Shown piece by piece: positions 9,912 through 21,910 of a stretch of 64,000 nt of DNA (positions are counted from its first letter, which is position 1; each line of letters opens with the position of its first letter). The notes below the pieces were generated by a model. That model ran no database searches. It was not told the DNA's origin and saw nothing but the letters and a program-made list of their open reading frames with translations. Made by a program: the position numbers and the translations under genes. Origin of the DNA: Podarcis cretensis (Eukaryota); contig OX638149.1 in assembly GCA_951804945.1 (NCBI GenBank), positions 109,554,001 through 109,618,000 on the forward strand. Direction: 5' to 3'.

Positions 9912-12389
9912 CTGTAAGAGTGGGGGGAAATTGTTTCAGATTAAAGCAGTAAAGTTGTACACAGCTTCTGTTGGTTTACATTTTACTGACACATGTTCAA
10001 TTTTTCTTTTGTAAAGGTGCATGCAATTGAAACACTTCATTGATAGCAAAACATGGTTATGTGACAAATATAGTAATAGTAAGATCCATCTATGGGTCAG
10101 AAAAGACTTGAGGGTATACATGAAATCCTGCACCTATGAGTCACTCTAGTTTGTGTTTTTCGCCAAGAACCCATGTGATTTGTAGCAGAAAAAATTCTAC
10201 TCTGAACTGCAGCTCCCTTATGAAACTACAGTTCATTCATTCATCTTACAGTGATGTCAGTCTAACCCTCTCAATGCCTAGAGATTCTAGGTATCAGGGG
10301 TTCCCCTACTGAAATGAATGGGAAAAAACAAAACTAGCAAAGCTAATTGGGATCCAATCTATCATCAGGAACTTCATTATCCTATATAAAATTCCATGTT
10401 TTGCAGTTGCATCTCATTGGGATTCTCCCCCCTCCCCGCAGTCCTTGAAATATTCTCACTTCCCTGCTTGTTTATATCTCAAGACAAACACTTGTTACAA
10501 AGCATTGCATGGGTCTGTTGGGCCAGAGAACAAAATTTTATCCTAGGGGATTAATTCTGCTCCAAGTTGGCTTTATCTTAACACTCTCATGATGCAAACA
10601 AACAACACTGTTTTTTATTTATTTATAACATTCTTCCAGGGAAAAAGAACACTATTAGGGTATTGAAATACATTGAACCCCTTCCAGTGATTTTATTAGG
10701 CGCCTAATATTTCCCTTAGGTATTTTTGTTGTTTCTTCCCACCCACCACCCCACTACCCCCGATTATGAACCTACTATTTCACCGACCCTCACCTCCATT
10801 TTCCTTCCTCCAGGATTTCCTGATATCCCATAAAAGAATTTGAGTTCAGTTTGAGGGGTTCAACATACTCCAAAAGGTTTTGTGTTAAGACTATGTGTTT
10901 GGAATGCAATGTTAACAAAGTTTTCTTTTATATTAAACTGGAGAAATTTTGGAATCAGCTATTAAAGTTATTCCCAGCTAGGACTTTAAAGATTAATGTT
11001 ATATTGGGCACTGTACAGAAGAATATGGGCTCTGCCCAGTTTCACCGAAGCAGATATCTGACTGCATAAGCTGCTTTGCCTAATTACCAGCAATTTCTCC
11101 TGGCACATTCCAAGTATTCAGTGTGGCTCCTCTGACACTCAGGAGAGGTTTGCAGGTGGTTGATGTGTTGCATGTGTTCTGCAGTGGGTAAGGAGCAGGA
11201 AAGCCCGTCCCCTACTTTTGTAATGCTGGATTCAGCCTACTACGTTCCAAGTATGGGCATGGATTTTAACTGGTATTGAGAAAATCAGTTGCAATCACAC
11301 CTCTGTCGGCATTTTACCTTGTGAAAAGTTCAGCAGCCAGTGACAGACTGCAGGCAACCCAAAACATGCATGGTGATTTGTTATCCATGGCTTAAACTTG
11401 CTTTTCTTTAAGTACCCAACTTAAAGTACCCCCCAACCACCTTAATCTGGAGCAGCTCTCCAAGAGTAAGGGAATGAAGAACTATGACCTCCATGTCCTT
11501 CCTGCCTATGTGCTTTCCTGAAGAATCTGGCTGGTCAGTGTGAGAAGCAAGATGCTGAACTAGATGGACCTTTGGTCTAATCTGGCAGGACTCTTTATGT
11601 TCTGCCTTTAGGATTTTTTTCTGACCAAGTCATTTGAGAACTGTGGACTGTACTGGGGTAAGGAATTAAAACACAAGCACTGTGTTCCACAAATATGGGG
11701 GGGGGTATCACTGCCCCATAGGTTGCAAGGTTCTTTAAATTAAATTCAGTGTCAAAAATGTGCACATAGAAAAAGTCAAACCCTAACCTTTAGAGACCAC
11801 AGACAGGGAGCTTTTGTGTGCTAGAACTATACATCTGTCGGGGGCTTACATGATGCAGCATAATAGCCCAGCAGTCTCAGTGCCTTGTCTTTAACTGCTT
11901 TGCTTTCAATTTGCATATTGTTTATTATTTTGGAACATTTGTTAAGTGCTATCATTGCACTTGTGAGAAACGAATCCAGCTATTCTAATTATCCTAATAG
12001 GAAGTATCAAGAGAATCTAAGTGTCCAAGACAATTGCATTTGCTTTCATATGTAGAAAAGGCATAATCAAAGATGATTCGGATTTTGATAGCTGTACGGA
12101 GATCAACACCAATACTTTGTCTATGCTAGATTCTAAAGTGCTATTGTTTGCAAGCCGTGACACTGCATACATTAACACAAGAAACCTTTATGTGTATTGT
12201 CATTGCTATATGAATACGGTTCTCTTTTGCATCTGCCATGCAGTAGTACAATGTAGGAGATTAAGAGGCATGTATAGTCTGTGCGATATTTGTATGTTAA
12301 TGGAGCTTTGTTCCTTCCCTGCTCTCTACAGGTGCATGCATATGCTTCTTCAACAAGAAACTCTTAATTACCTTGGCTCTTTTACCTGG

Positions 12390-12520
12390 GGAAGGGCTGT
12401 AACTTACTAGTAGAGCAATTGCTTTACATGCCAGAAGTCCAAGGTTGGATCTCCAGGTAGGACTGGGAGAGACCCTGACCTGGAGAGCCATTGCTAGTCA
12501 GTGTAGACAATACTAGAAGG
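12390..12520 (+). mobile_element. Old tRNA-derived SINE remnant (related degenerate copies at ~22800-22880, 25468-25630, 46035-46110, 47290-47450 and 49180-49360)
   Basis: Shared degenerate (a)gctcagtggtagagca...tgc head and gctgccagtcagtgtagacaatactgagctagatggac...aagcttccta body. Confidence 0.5.
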
Positions 12521-12975
12521 ACCAAGCAGTTTTTTTTGTTTACATTAACCTCTTCCTTACCTCTGTCTTTTAATCAAAATTTGACTTCTAACTTCCATGA
12601 GCCCCAACCAACACAGCCAATGGTCAGAAATGATGGAAGTTGTCATCCACAATATCTGCAGAGCCACGGGTTCCTGGCCCCCATTGCACAGCTTTCCCTC
12701 CCCCCCCTACTACTCCCAGTTATTACTTCATTCCATTGGATGTTGCCAGAATCAATTCAATAGCCACCCATCAAGATTCTACTGTTCACGCTAGGAAGAC
12801 TTGGCATAAGGCTAGGCTATCTATTATTGGGCTGCAGAAAACCATACCAGTTGGATATTATTTAGTGTGGGCATTAAGAAATAGCGTCCACCAGAGAAAG
12901 AAATAACTAATGAAAATGAGGAACAAATAAGAATATTGATCCTAAGCTGACATAGGCAAAAGTATGCAAACTTAC

Positions 12976-13020
12976 AGGATGCTGCATTATATATGGTTGA
13001 GGCTGCATCCATGAAGGGCT
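12976..13020 (-). CDS. RBMS1: RBMS1 exon 10 (45 nt): SPSWMQPQPYIMQHP
   Basis: Acceptor ccttttcattatctacag|AGC, donor CCT|gtaagt; phase 0 at both ends. Confidence 0.9.
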
Positions 13021-15437
13021 CTGTAGATAATGAAAAGGTTTTGTTTTGTTAAGAAACAATCTTCACAACTTTAATGTATATATTACACACATTTCAAAGC
13101 ATCATGCTTTCATCTTAACTCATTGTTCTGGCCTTCATTGCTGCCTACAAGAATCACAATAACCCTTTTTGAAGCACAAGAATGAAAAAAGCCTGAATTA
13201 AATCACAGCCTTCTCCTTTCTCTTTTAAAACTTATTAAGTGCACCCCCCTCAAAATAATTATTATTTACAGACAATTTCAACAGAAGCTCTGAGGATCTG
13301 AGATGGTGGTAGTATGGCACAGAGAGTAAAGAGAGAAATCTCCAGTTCCTCAAGTTCACTCTTAGTAAGAACTGGAATGAAAAGTATGATCAGTTCAATA
13401 TTCACTTTTACTCAGCATGCAGCAAGCCGAACACTGACAATCCTATTCCGACTTCACAAAGACAGCCAGAGTACAGGATGTGATCTTCTCTGTGTGCTTT
13501 TCTCAGAGAGCATGGAGAGGGAGTGGTTCTGCTAAGTGGTAACATCTGTTTCCTCTCTCTCCAACTGACTGAGATTTGCATTATCAGAGATGGCTTAAGC
13601 CCTGGTAGAATGCCCAACTGCGATGGCAGGTTAACTGCAGAAGATTCTCATAAATATACTCGGCAGCCATTCTGCTTTTATTTTTGAAGGGAGGGGGAAA
13701 TCGTCTGTAAAAGTAACAGCTAGTTGTGAAAAGTAGAGATTCAAGAAACCAGGGGAAATTGTTCCTTAGGTCTGATAAGGAACAGCTGGAAATTGGGAGG
13801 CGGGGTAATGGAGAAGAAGCTATTCCACAACACACAACTGCAGCCCTAGATCCTTCTTTGTTTGGATAACTAAACAAGAGTGCTTAAATGCTGCTTTCCT
13901 TTTCCAATAAGTACTGATTAGAATTAGAACAACATACTGAGTTGGCAGTTTGGTAGGTTTAGAGACTGACTGGAAAACAAGAGTAAGTAACATTTGCCTT
14001 AAAAAAAATAATCAAACTGAGGACCTGAAGTAAGAGGAGAGTTCTGATGCATCCTTCTACCACTCCCTCCTGTACAATGGGGAGGTTAGTGGAGAAGTGG
14101 AGAGGCAGAGGGATGGAGGCTCTGTTCTTTGATCTCACCCATCACTTCTCACTGCATGCTCTCTTGAGCCCTCCTTTTCGGTTGCTTTTGGGAACTTGCA
14201 GGCAGGAGGATTCTGGGGAAGTGGCTAACATACCCAAATGAAATGTGGCGCAGATGTCCCCAGAGTCCCTTCTCTGTATGGAAGCTCCAGTGAGGGCAGG
14301 GGGGTTTACTGTTCTCCTTGTGACCAGCCCAGCATTCAGCCTATCCTAACCCTGAGGAGAGCCGCAGGATCTTGTGTTGGCTGAACAAAGCTCTCTTCCC
14401 TGAAACCAGAACAGTTTCCTCTTCTAATGGGCCAAGTGTTAACACACACAACTTTGACCTTTGCTACCAGAGATATTTCCTGGAAGCATGAGGGGAAGTG
14501 TGCATGTACAACCTTCACCCACAGCAGTTCAACCCCACTTCCCAAACCATGCCTCTTTCCCATGCTCAGTGTCTTTAGAAAGAGAAAGAAAGAGACTCAC
14601 AAAGGGACTCAAGAGAGGTTGAGAGTAAATGGAGTAGCAGGATTCCCCTTACCACTTCCCACCCATTTCTCCTAATCTGGTGGCCTATAAATCCTGGAGA
14701 GGCTGGTAAAGTGTCCTGAGAACACATGGGATGTAGGGTCAGACCTCCACAGAAACCGCCTGTGAAGAGTTTGGGGCTAGAAGGGGAGCTTGCTCACCAC
14801 CCTCATCGACTCTGAGCCACTGTAGCAACTTGTCTTGGCATCAGGGAATCAGGGAATGAACACAAGCTCTCTCTCCCCCTTCATTGCCAAATCCTCTATG
14901 TGTGGGGTACTGAGCTGAGTCAAAGGAAAGCAAACAGCAGGACATTTGCTTCCTTGCAACCATCCATCTCTTCCCATTGAGACTGGCTGAGGTCTTTCGC
15001 TTTAGCTCTTCAGAGTGTCCCTGCACCTCCAGGCAGTGTGTATTTAAAACTGCTGACCTGAACCAGGTTTTGGGGGGAGTTTACTGTGCACTTGCAGGAT
15101 ATGTTTGAAAGTGGTAAGCAAGCTCTCTTTCACAGAAGCTTGTCTTGCCATTACTCATCTCCTCACTGAAAAAAAAACCAATGACATCTGCCTTAGCAGT
15201 AAAATTAAGCAGACAAGCTTCTATTTCATCATACTCCACACACTGATTTCTGTTCTACAGGAAACCAAGAATACTTCAAAAGCAAGTTTCTTGTGTTTCC
15301 CTTTCTGTCTCCGGCTGTTTTATACATAGAATGACAAAAATGGTAAGGTATTGCATTCCACAAAGCCTTCATGTGAGCTCTACACAAATTCCTACCAAGT
15401 ATTTTAATAGCTTATCCTTCCATCTTGAAATACAGAC

Positions 15438-15531
15438 CTGGTATGCAGAAACTGGAGAAGCAATATATGGCGTGATAGACGTCTGAGTGATCATTCTGTT
15501 TGTTGCAATACTGTATGGCGAATGATAAAAT
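15438..15531 (-). CDS. RBMS1: RBMS1 exon 9 (94 nt): [31 protein letters not shown]
   Basis: Acceptor tgcttttag|A, donor CAG|gtctgt; the preceding intron is only 80 nt (15532-15611). Confidence 0.94.
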
Positions 15532-15611
15532 CTAAAAGCACAAACACCTTTATTAATACCTTTTAAAGGGTACCATGGAATAACTTATATTTATTGTCTG
15601 ATTGTACATAC

Positions 15612-15661
15612 CCATTTTGTAAAGCAGCTGTAGTTGGATCATACGTAAGTGTCATTCCAGC
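15612..15661 (-). CDS. RBMS1: RBMS1 exon 8 (50 nt): AGMTLTYDPTTAALQN(G)
   Basis: Acceptor cttccctaaag|GCT, donor GG|gtatgt. Confidence 0.95.
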
Positions 15662-16229
15662 CTTTAGGGAAGGGATAAAACATATACTCAATGAAAAGAT
15701 TGGCTACCACTCCAAACCAAAACATTAGCACTAGCCCATCTGTCTGAAATAGTCAAAGTTGCCAGTACTGCCTTATGTTTTGTGAAATTTTGTTGGCACA
15801 AGAGATATGCAGTAAGTAACCTGTTTTGGATCTCCCTTATGCATTAAAAGATTATGGACCCAATCCAGAAGCTTCTTGCAAGGACATGGAGCTTCTGAAT
15901 ACACAAGGGCTTCCTCATTCCCTACAACACCAGGACAGTTTTGCTTCTATTACGTTGCAATGGCCGCTCTGCAATTATACACCAAAGTACCATTGGACCC
16001 ATGTGTGTATCCACTGTATATTTTATTTTTATTTTTATGTGCACCACTAAGAAACTTTTGTAATTAAGCGGCTTATAAATACCTTAAATAAAGAAAGTAC
16101 CATCTCTTTTGAGAAGCTGTTGGTAAGATCTGCCTTGATGAAAACTCAAAAAGGCCCAGCTTACATGCATGTGAAACAGTGTGCAGGAACACAGCTGAGG
16201 TGTTAAATTATGTGCAGTAAGTTCTAGAG

Positions 16230-16367
16230 CAGTGGTTGTCAACCTGTGGGTCCCCAGATGTTGTTGGACTACAACTCCCATCATCCCTGAGCTCTAGCCT
16301 TGCTAGGTAGGGGTGATGGGAGTTGTAGTTCAACAACATCTGGGGACCCACAGGTTGAGAAAGGCTG
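16230..16367. mobile_element. Palindromic hAT-type MITE (138 bp) with 8-bp TSD
   Basis: Near-perfect hairpin (tcaacctgtgggtccccagatgttgttggactacaactcccatca and its reverse complement); perfect TSD TTCTAGAG at 16222-16229 and 16368-16375. Confidence 0.9.
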
Positions 16368-16677
16368 TTCTAGAGTGATGTACTAGCAGTGGGGCAGTAT
16401 CTGCAGCCATTTTATTGGGACGCCCAACTGGCTCCAGTGTTATTTGCCTTCAGACACCAGGTTAAAAGCTGGCTTTAAAAATAAAGACTATTGGGTCAGT
16501 GAATCTTGCTTTTCTAAAGCAGACGATTTTCTGCTTCCCTGGATTTCCCCTGATTAATTATATCATGCTGATTTGGTTATAGATAGTTGACTATTTATCT
16601 ACTGACTTTGCTAGTGTTTTTATTGAGTTTGTTTGTGAGCTACTATGTATTATTTAATAGAAGTCAGCCTTAAAAGA

Positions 16678-16680
<3 letters not shown>

Positions 16681-16708
<28 letters not shown>
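16681..16708. repeat. (AC)14 microsatellite
   Basis: Direct reading. Confidence 0.95.
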
Positions 16709-16709
<1 letters not shown>

Positions 16710-17131
16710 GCAAAAGAAAATACATTCATATAAATATTTACAATGGGTTGCATTCATATAATTACAATGGGTTGTACTCAACATAGGACTAAGGAGATAG
16801 AAATGTGTGTGTTCATGGAATTATCTCCCCTCCCTTCCTATAGTGCACTGTTCTGGTAGTTTTCCAGTCCCTCAAGAACAGATTCAGGGAGGGTGTGTAG
16901 CGGGAGAAGTACTGCTGGAGGGAATTTCCATTGCACTCATGGGAACCCTAGCACTGGTTTCCGCTAACACAATAAGTTGGTTGAATATGGCCCAATATTT
17001 TAAACAGTGCATTTAAATATGTCAAGTAACGAAGCGGAATGAAGGATTGTTATATTCCATTGAACAATGCAGGAGGACACCAAGGCAGCACATCTCTTTG
17101 TGACTATTATTTTTTTTAATGCACATCCATA

Positions 17132-17132
<1 letters not shown>

Positions 17133-17166
<34 letters not shown>
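17133..17166. repeat. (AC)17 microsatellite, read as (UG)n in the pre-mRNA just downstream of exon 7
   Basis: Direct reading. Confidence 0.95.
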
Positions 17167-17169
<3 letters not shown>

Positions 17170-17193
17170 CTAAAGGTTGAGAGGAGGACTTAC

Positions 17194-17309
17194 AAGTCTC
17201 ACCTCGCCTTCTCGGTGCCACGCTCTTCCATTCTGTATATATTTGTTCTGATTCTGTCTCTTTTTTTGTCCTCCATCTGCAAACTTGCACAACAAAGGTT
17301 CTGCAGGAG
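17194..17309 (-). CDS. RBMS1: RBMS1 exon 7 (116 nt; alternative donor at 17203 removes VRL): [38 protein letters not shown]
   Basis: Acceptor ttgttttag|CT; donors GAG|gtgaga (17203) and CTT|gtaagt (17194). Confidence 0.95.
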
Positions 17310-17780
17310 CTAAAACAAGAACAAAACAAACCATTTAGGAATAGTCTACATAATAACCCTTGTGATATCAAAATAAAGTACATTTCAAAAGTTGTCACTT
17401 GTGAAAAGATGTTACATAGTAGGTTTTCCCCAAATTATTTTGCTTGGAAGCCATAACATTCAGATACATGCTTAGTGCCCAGTGTTTTCATGCGTTCCCA
17501 AACATCCTGATTGCAAAGATTTGCTATGTTTTAGTAGATACAAGCACTCCAACACACCTGCATGTGACATTTCTTCATTATTTCAACAAAGAGCCATAGC
17601 TGAAAAAGGATGGATACATAGAGCTGCTGCATTAATTAATGTAATTTGGAAAGCCTGATTTCTTTAGCAGCTCAACAGATGCATCAGAGCACAATGAGCT
17701 CTAGACTGAAGGAAGGGTCTGCAGTGTGGAATCTGTTTTGATGTTATGATCAAAAAAATAATTTGACAATTGCTTTACAC

Positions 17781-18778
17781 TAGGGGTCAGCAAACTTTTT
17801 TCAGCAGGGGGCCGTCTACTGTCCCTTGGACCTTGTGGGGGGCTGGACTATATTTTGAAAATAATAATAATGAATGAATTCCTATGCACACTGGGAAGAA
17901 TGGGGTGGGGGAAGGGCAGGTGTAATAAAATAAAATAGTGTGCATTAAAGCAGGGTGAGGAAGGCTCCTCAGCAGACAAGCTCACCCACTACCATGCTGC
18001 TCATCCTCCTGCCACCTCCCCCCAAAACATACACACACACAGACCCACAATCGCCCCACAGAGAAAAGGGAAGCAAGTTCAATATGCAGAGAACAGCCAA
18101 GGCGAAGGAGAGATGGCGGCTCTGGGGAAGCAGCACCAGGGGGGTAGAGCTGGAAGAAGAGGCAAGGGGGGCAAGTAGTCCTCCCCCCCCCCCAGCCCTA
18201 GCCACCTTCCCAGTTTGCCGCCTGCCTCATTTGCCGAAGGGTTGGCAGCGGTGGCATGAAACAGGCTTCCTCCCCGCCTAGAGAAAGAGCTGCCGCCGCC
18301 ACCGCTTTTCGTGAGGTGGGTAGGCAGAGTGAGCTCATCCACTCTGGTCTCTGGCCCACAGGAGCACTAGGGCGGTGGCGGCGATGGCGATGGGAGGAAG
18401 ATTATTATTATTACTACTACTATTTCCCCAATGGCCTGACTTAGAGGGAGAACAAGAGGGGAAAGGCTGGTGGGAAAGCAGAGAGAAAGAGAGGAAAGAG
18501 GATTTTTGTCCTTCCACCATCTAACTCCCCACGTGCACTCAGCTTCTGGGGGCACAAAACAATACAAATACTAATAACAATATTAATGATATCGGGGTAA
18601 GTAAGCAAGCAAAAGCCACTGAGGTAAACCAGGCACGGCGTTTGAGTGCCAGAGCCACCACTGCTTGGCCTCTTCCTCCTGCTGCGATCGCCGAGAGTCT
18701 TGGCTTTGCGGCAGGTGGTGGGTTCTTAAATGGCCAGGGGGTCTGATCTGGCCCAGAGATGTAGTTTGCCAACCCCTG
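17781..18778. mobile_element. Non-autonomous hAT element (~1 kb, GC-rich interior)
   Basis: TIRs taggggtcagcaaact / agtttgccaacccctg; degenerate 8-bp TSD ctttacac / gtttacag; left end shared with the 55344-55596 element. Confidence 0.75.
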
Positions 18779-19593
18779 GTTTACAGAGAATTCTCCCCTC
18801 ATTATAAGTTTCTGGTTACAGATGTGCTATATACGAAGTCACACCTACGTGCTCTGTCACTTCATTGCTAGCAGCTAGTCCAACTCAACTTCATCCAAAA
18901 ATACTGTATCTGAGACAAAAGTAGTTTTCTTTGCCTCTGGTATTAAGTCTACTTTGGCTTATTCACTCATGCACTTAAGTGATTGAGGTGCATGTGTGCA
19001 ATGGCCCTAATGAAACCAATGGGGTTTACTTCCAAACAAACAGCTTTAGGGCTGAGGTCAGTCACTTAAATGACTTAAACGACATTTAAACCTGTGTGGG
19101 AAGACCTAGGATTGGCACAAAATGGCCATTAAAAAAAAGCTACATGTTTATTGTGCTACTTTATGCAACACATGAAAGAAACTAGTTAGATACAGGTATT
19201 CACTGAACATTATTTACGTAGGTGCTCTGGTTGGATTACTTATATAAATTTTTAAATGAGGACACTATAAATTGCTCTCAGGACACACAATATATGTTCT
19301 GGCATGCTTCCAAAGCCAGCAGAATCTTGGAAGACTAACTCTGAGCTCTGCATTAAAAAGAAAAAGTGGCAAGTTATGAGCAGAAGCCACTTGAATTCAT
19401 TTCTATGGTTTCCATGTCTGGTCCTTTCGTTAAATGAAAACACCCTTTGAGTGTTTCAACAGCATCCCTTTACTTACGTATTGTTCCAGTACCACAGATT
19501 TCTACAGAAAAGGGTTCTCTGAGAGAGTAAATTACTTTTGACAACCATGCAACTAATGGTTAAGGGCATAGATACAAAGATGCTGCAAAAGGG

Positions 19594-19645
19594 TTGAGTG
19601 CTTTTTTAACTCTTTCCAGTTTGAGTGCTTTTTTAACTCTTTCCA
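19594..19645. repeat. 27-bp tandem duplication
   Basis: ttgagtgcttttttaactctttcca(gt) x2. Confidence 0.9.
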
Positions 19646-20619
19646 CTGCGCAAGCCAGAAAGGTGACTTTCAGCGTTTTCTGTCTTGTTCTATACAAGTA
19701 TCATATTGCATGATGAGCTAGCAGGTGGCTTTTACTTAATCTGATAACATATGCAGGTAACCCATGCAAGTATTATTCCTATTTTACAGACATGAAACCC
19801 AGGCTGAAGAACTGAGTTTACTAAGCAAGCTGGTAAAATGCAATAACCCAGTTTCCAAGCTCCAAGTCAAGCGCTCATGTCCTTCATTATAGTTCTTGTT
19901 CTGTTTTTTAAGTTTAACACAGGACAATTTCAGGAGTGGTAATGCTTGTCTCAGTCATACCCCATCACCTAAATGCACCACCTGCATCTGGCTGAAATAG
20001 AGTCCTTCTCTCTTTTTCCTTGTTATCCCTAATCACTGAGTGGAAATGCTGTTGTAGTTATGGCTTCTCACACTTTTTGCTAATAATTTCCTTCCTCACA
20101 AATCTACAGTTAGGTAATATCCTAGACAGACAAAGATGCCTACAGAAATGTACTGCTTCACGAAATATACAACCCATGTTAGAATTGTGTATGTCAGAAG
20201 GATTAAAAACAAAACTCAGATCATGGATGGGTGGCAGAGAATCAAACAATCAGCTTGAATGTTCCAAGGTATTGTGACAATTCCCCTCCTGCTGTGGTTT
20301 TGACAGCATTGTGAGTTGCACTTAAAATGGTAACTCACATTCTTATGTGCTGTTTGAATCAGCAATGTACACTTGGGCTTTCAAACAAATATTTGATGAT
20401 GTTCCCCACTAAATGTGCCTGAGTAAAATTAGCAGTCACAGGATAAGAGGACAAGCCCTTTATGGATTGACTTTTCTCACAGTGGAAGGAATTTCCCTGC
20501 AAGGACCTGTATTAGGAGCAGTGCCTTCACACTTGTTCATAAATGATCCACATAAGAAGTGAGGCAGACAAGTCTGCATATGACACAGAATTATTCAGGG
20601 TGGTTAAAACCAGAAAGAG

Positions 20620-21910
20620 ATTGCAAAAAAAGGGATTGCAAGCGGTTCCAAAAGTGAATGTCTAAACTGAGTGAATGGGCATTAAAATGGCAAATGCGAT
20701 TCAAGATAGGTAAGTGCAAGGTGAGCACTGAAGCAAAAAATTTACTAACCCCACATTGATGGGGGCATGGGATGGTGGTGAATGATCAGGACAGGGATGA
20801 GGTTGTTATTATTTATTATATTTGTTAATCACATTTTTAACATTGATTGTGATGAATTAATTGTTCAATGAAAATGTCAAACCAGTGTGGCAGTTATGAA
20901 AAATGCGAATTCTATGTTAGGGATCATTTGAAAGGCATCGAAAAATAAAATTTGCCACTATTGTAATGCCTTTATTCAAATCTATGGTACAGTGGTGCCC
21001 CGCAAGACAAACGCCTCGCAAGACAGAAAACCCGCTAGACGAAAGGGTTTTCCGTTTTGGAGGCACTTCGCAAAACGAATTTCCCTATGGGCTTGCTTCG
21101 CAAGACTAAAATGTCTTGCGAGTTCCTGCGGGGTTTTTTCCCTCCCCCCCTTTTCCTAAGCCCTAAGCCGCTTATCAGCTGATCCGCTGATAAGCCGCTT
21201 ATCAGCTGATCCGCTAAAAGCCGCTAAACCGCTAATAGCGCTAATCCGCTAAGCTGTCAATGGGCTTGCTTCACAAGACGAAAAAACCGCTATACGAAGA
21301 GCCTCACGGAACGGATTAATTTCGTCTTGCGAGGCACCACTGTATAACTTCACCTGAAATACGGTGTACAATTTGGATCAGAAAGGATACTGTAGAGCTG
21401 GAAAAAGTGCAGAAAACGGAAAACCAAAATGGCTGCAACTGGGCTAGTCCCACTATGAGGAAAAGTTACAATATCTTTTTTGGAAGAGGCAGGGGAGTGA
21501 GTAAAGTGGGAAATGATACAGGCATTTAAAAAATCATGTATGCTATGGAGAAAGCAGGTACAAGCTACGTTTTTCTCCCACTCATACAGTATTAGGCCCC
21601 TGAGTCATCTAATGAAGATGACTGTTGGGATATTCAAGATGGAAAAAATGAAGCCCTTCTTCACACAGCACACAGTTAAAACTTATGGAATTTGCTACCA
21701 TGAGCTAATGAAGGATAATGCAATGGCTGCTAGTCAAGTTGGAGGGAAAAGATTGAGGCAAAAATATCCTAGCTCCACATATACATGGATGATGTCTGAT
21801 CTGGTGGTGAGTGATGACTGATGGGGGAAGAATAGCAGGAGAGAGCTGTTGGGCTCCAATGCTTGCAGACTTCCCTTAGGCATCTGGTTGGCCTCTGAAA
21901 GAAACAGGAT
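20620..21910 (+). mobile_element. Degenerate CR1 LINE 3' portion, interrupted by a MITE
   Basis: Residual CR1 ORF2 motifs (W-KWQMRF...KCKV; ANSMLGII; LFKSMV [MITE] HLKYGVQFG...KDTVELEKVQK; YEEKL), then a CR1-like 3'UTR. Boundaries approximate. Confidence 0.7.
20990..21342. mobile_element. Tc1/mariner (Tigger-like) MITE nested in the CR1
   Basis: TA|cagtggtgcccgcaagac ... gtcttgcgaggcaccactg|TA; internal ccgctaa/gcttatcagc micro-repeats. Confidence 0.88.

Noticed and set aside
15054-15066. 6-nt 'VQ' microexon GTTCAG|gtcagc to explain the short exon 10
   Set aside because: Preceded by CTG rather than AG, so there is no acceptor.
15255-15312. Homologue of a recalled mammalian alternative exon (VAKETRENKYRGSAIK) in intron 9
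   Set aside because: Only vague purine-rich similarity, with no matching translation or proper splice sites.
17955-18871. GC-rich ORF cluster or putative internal CpG promoter
   Set aside because: Almost entirely within the TIR-bounded hAT element 17781-18778; translations are low-complexity.
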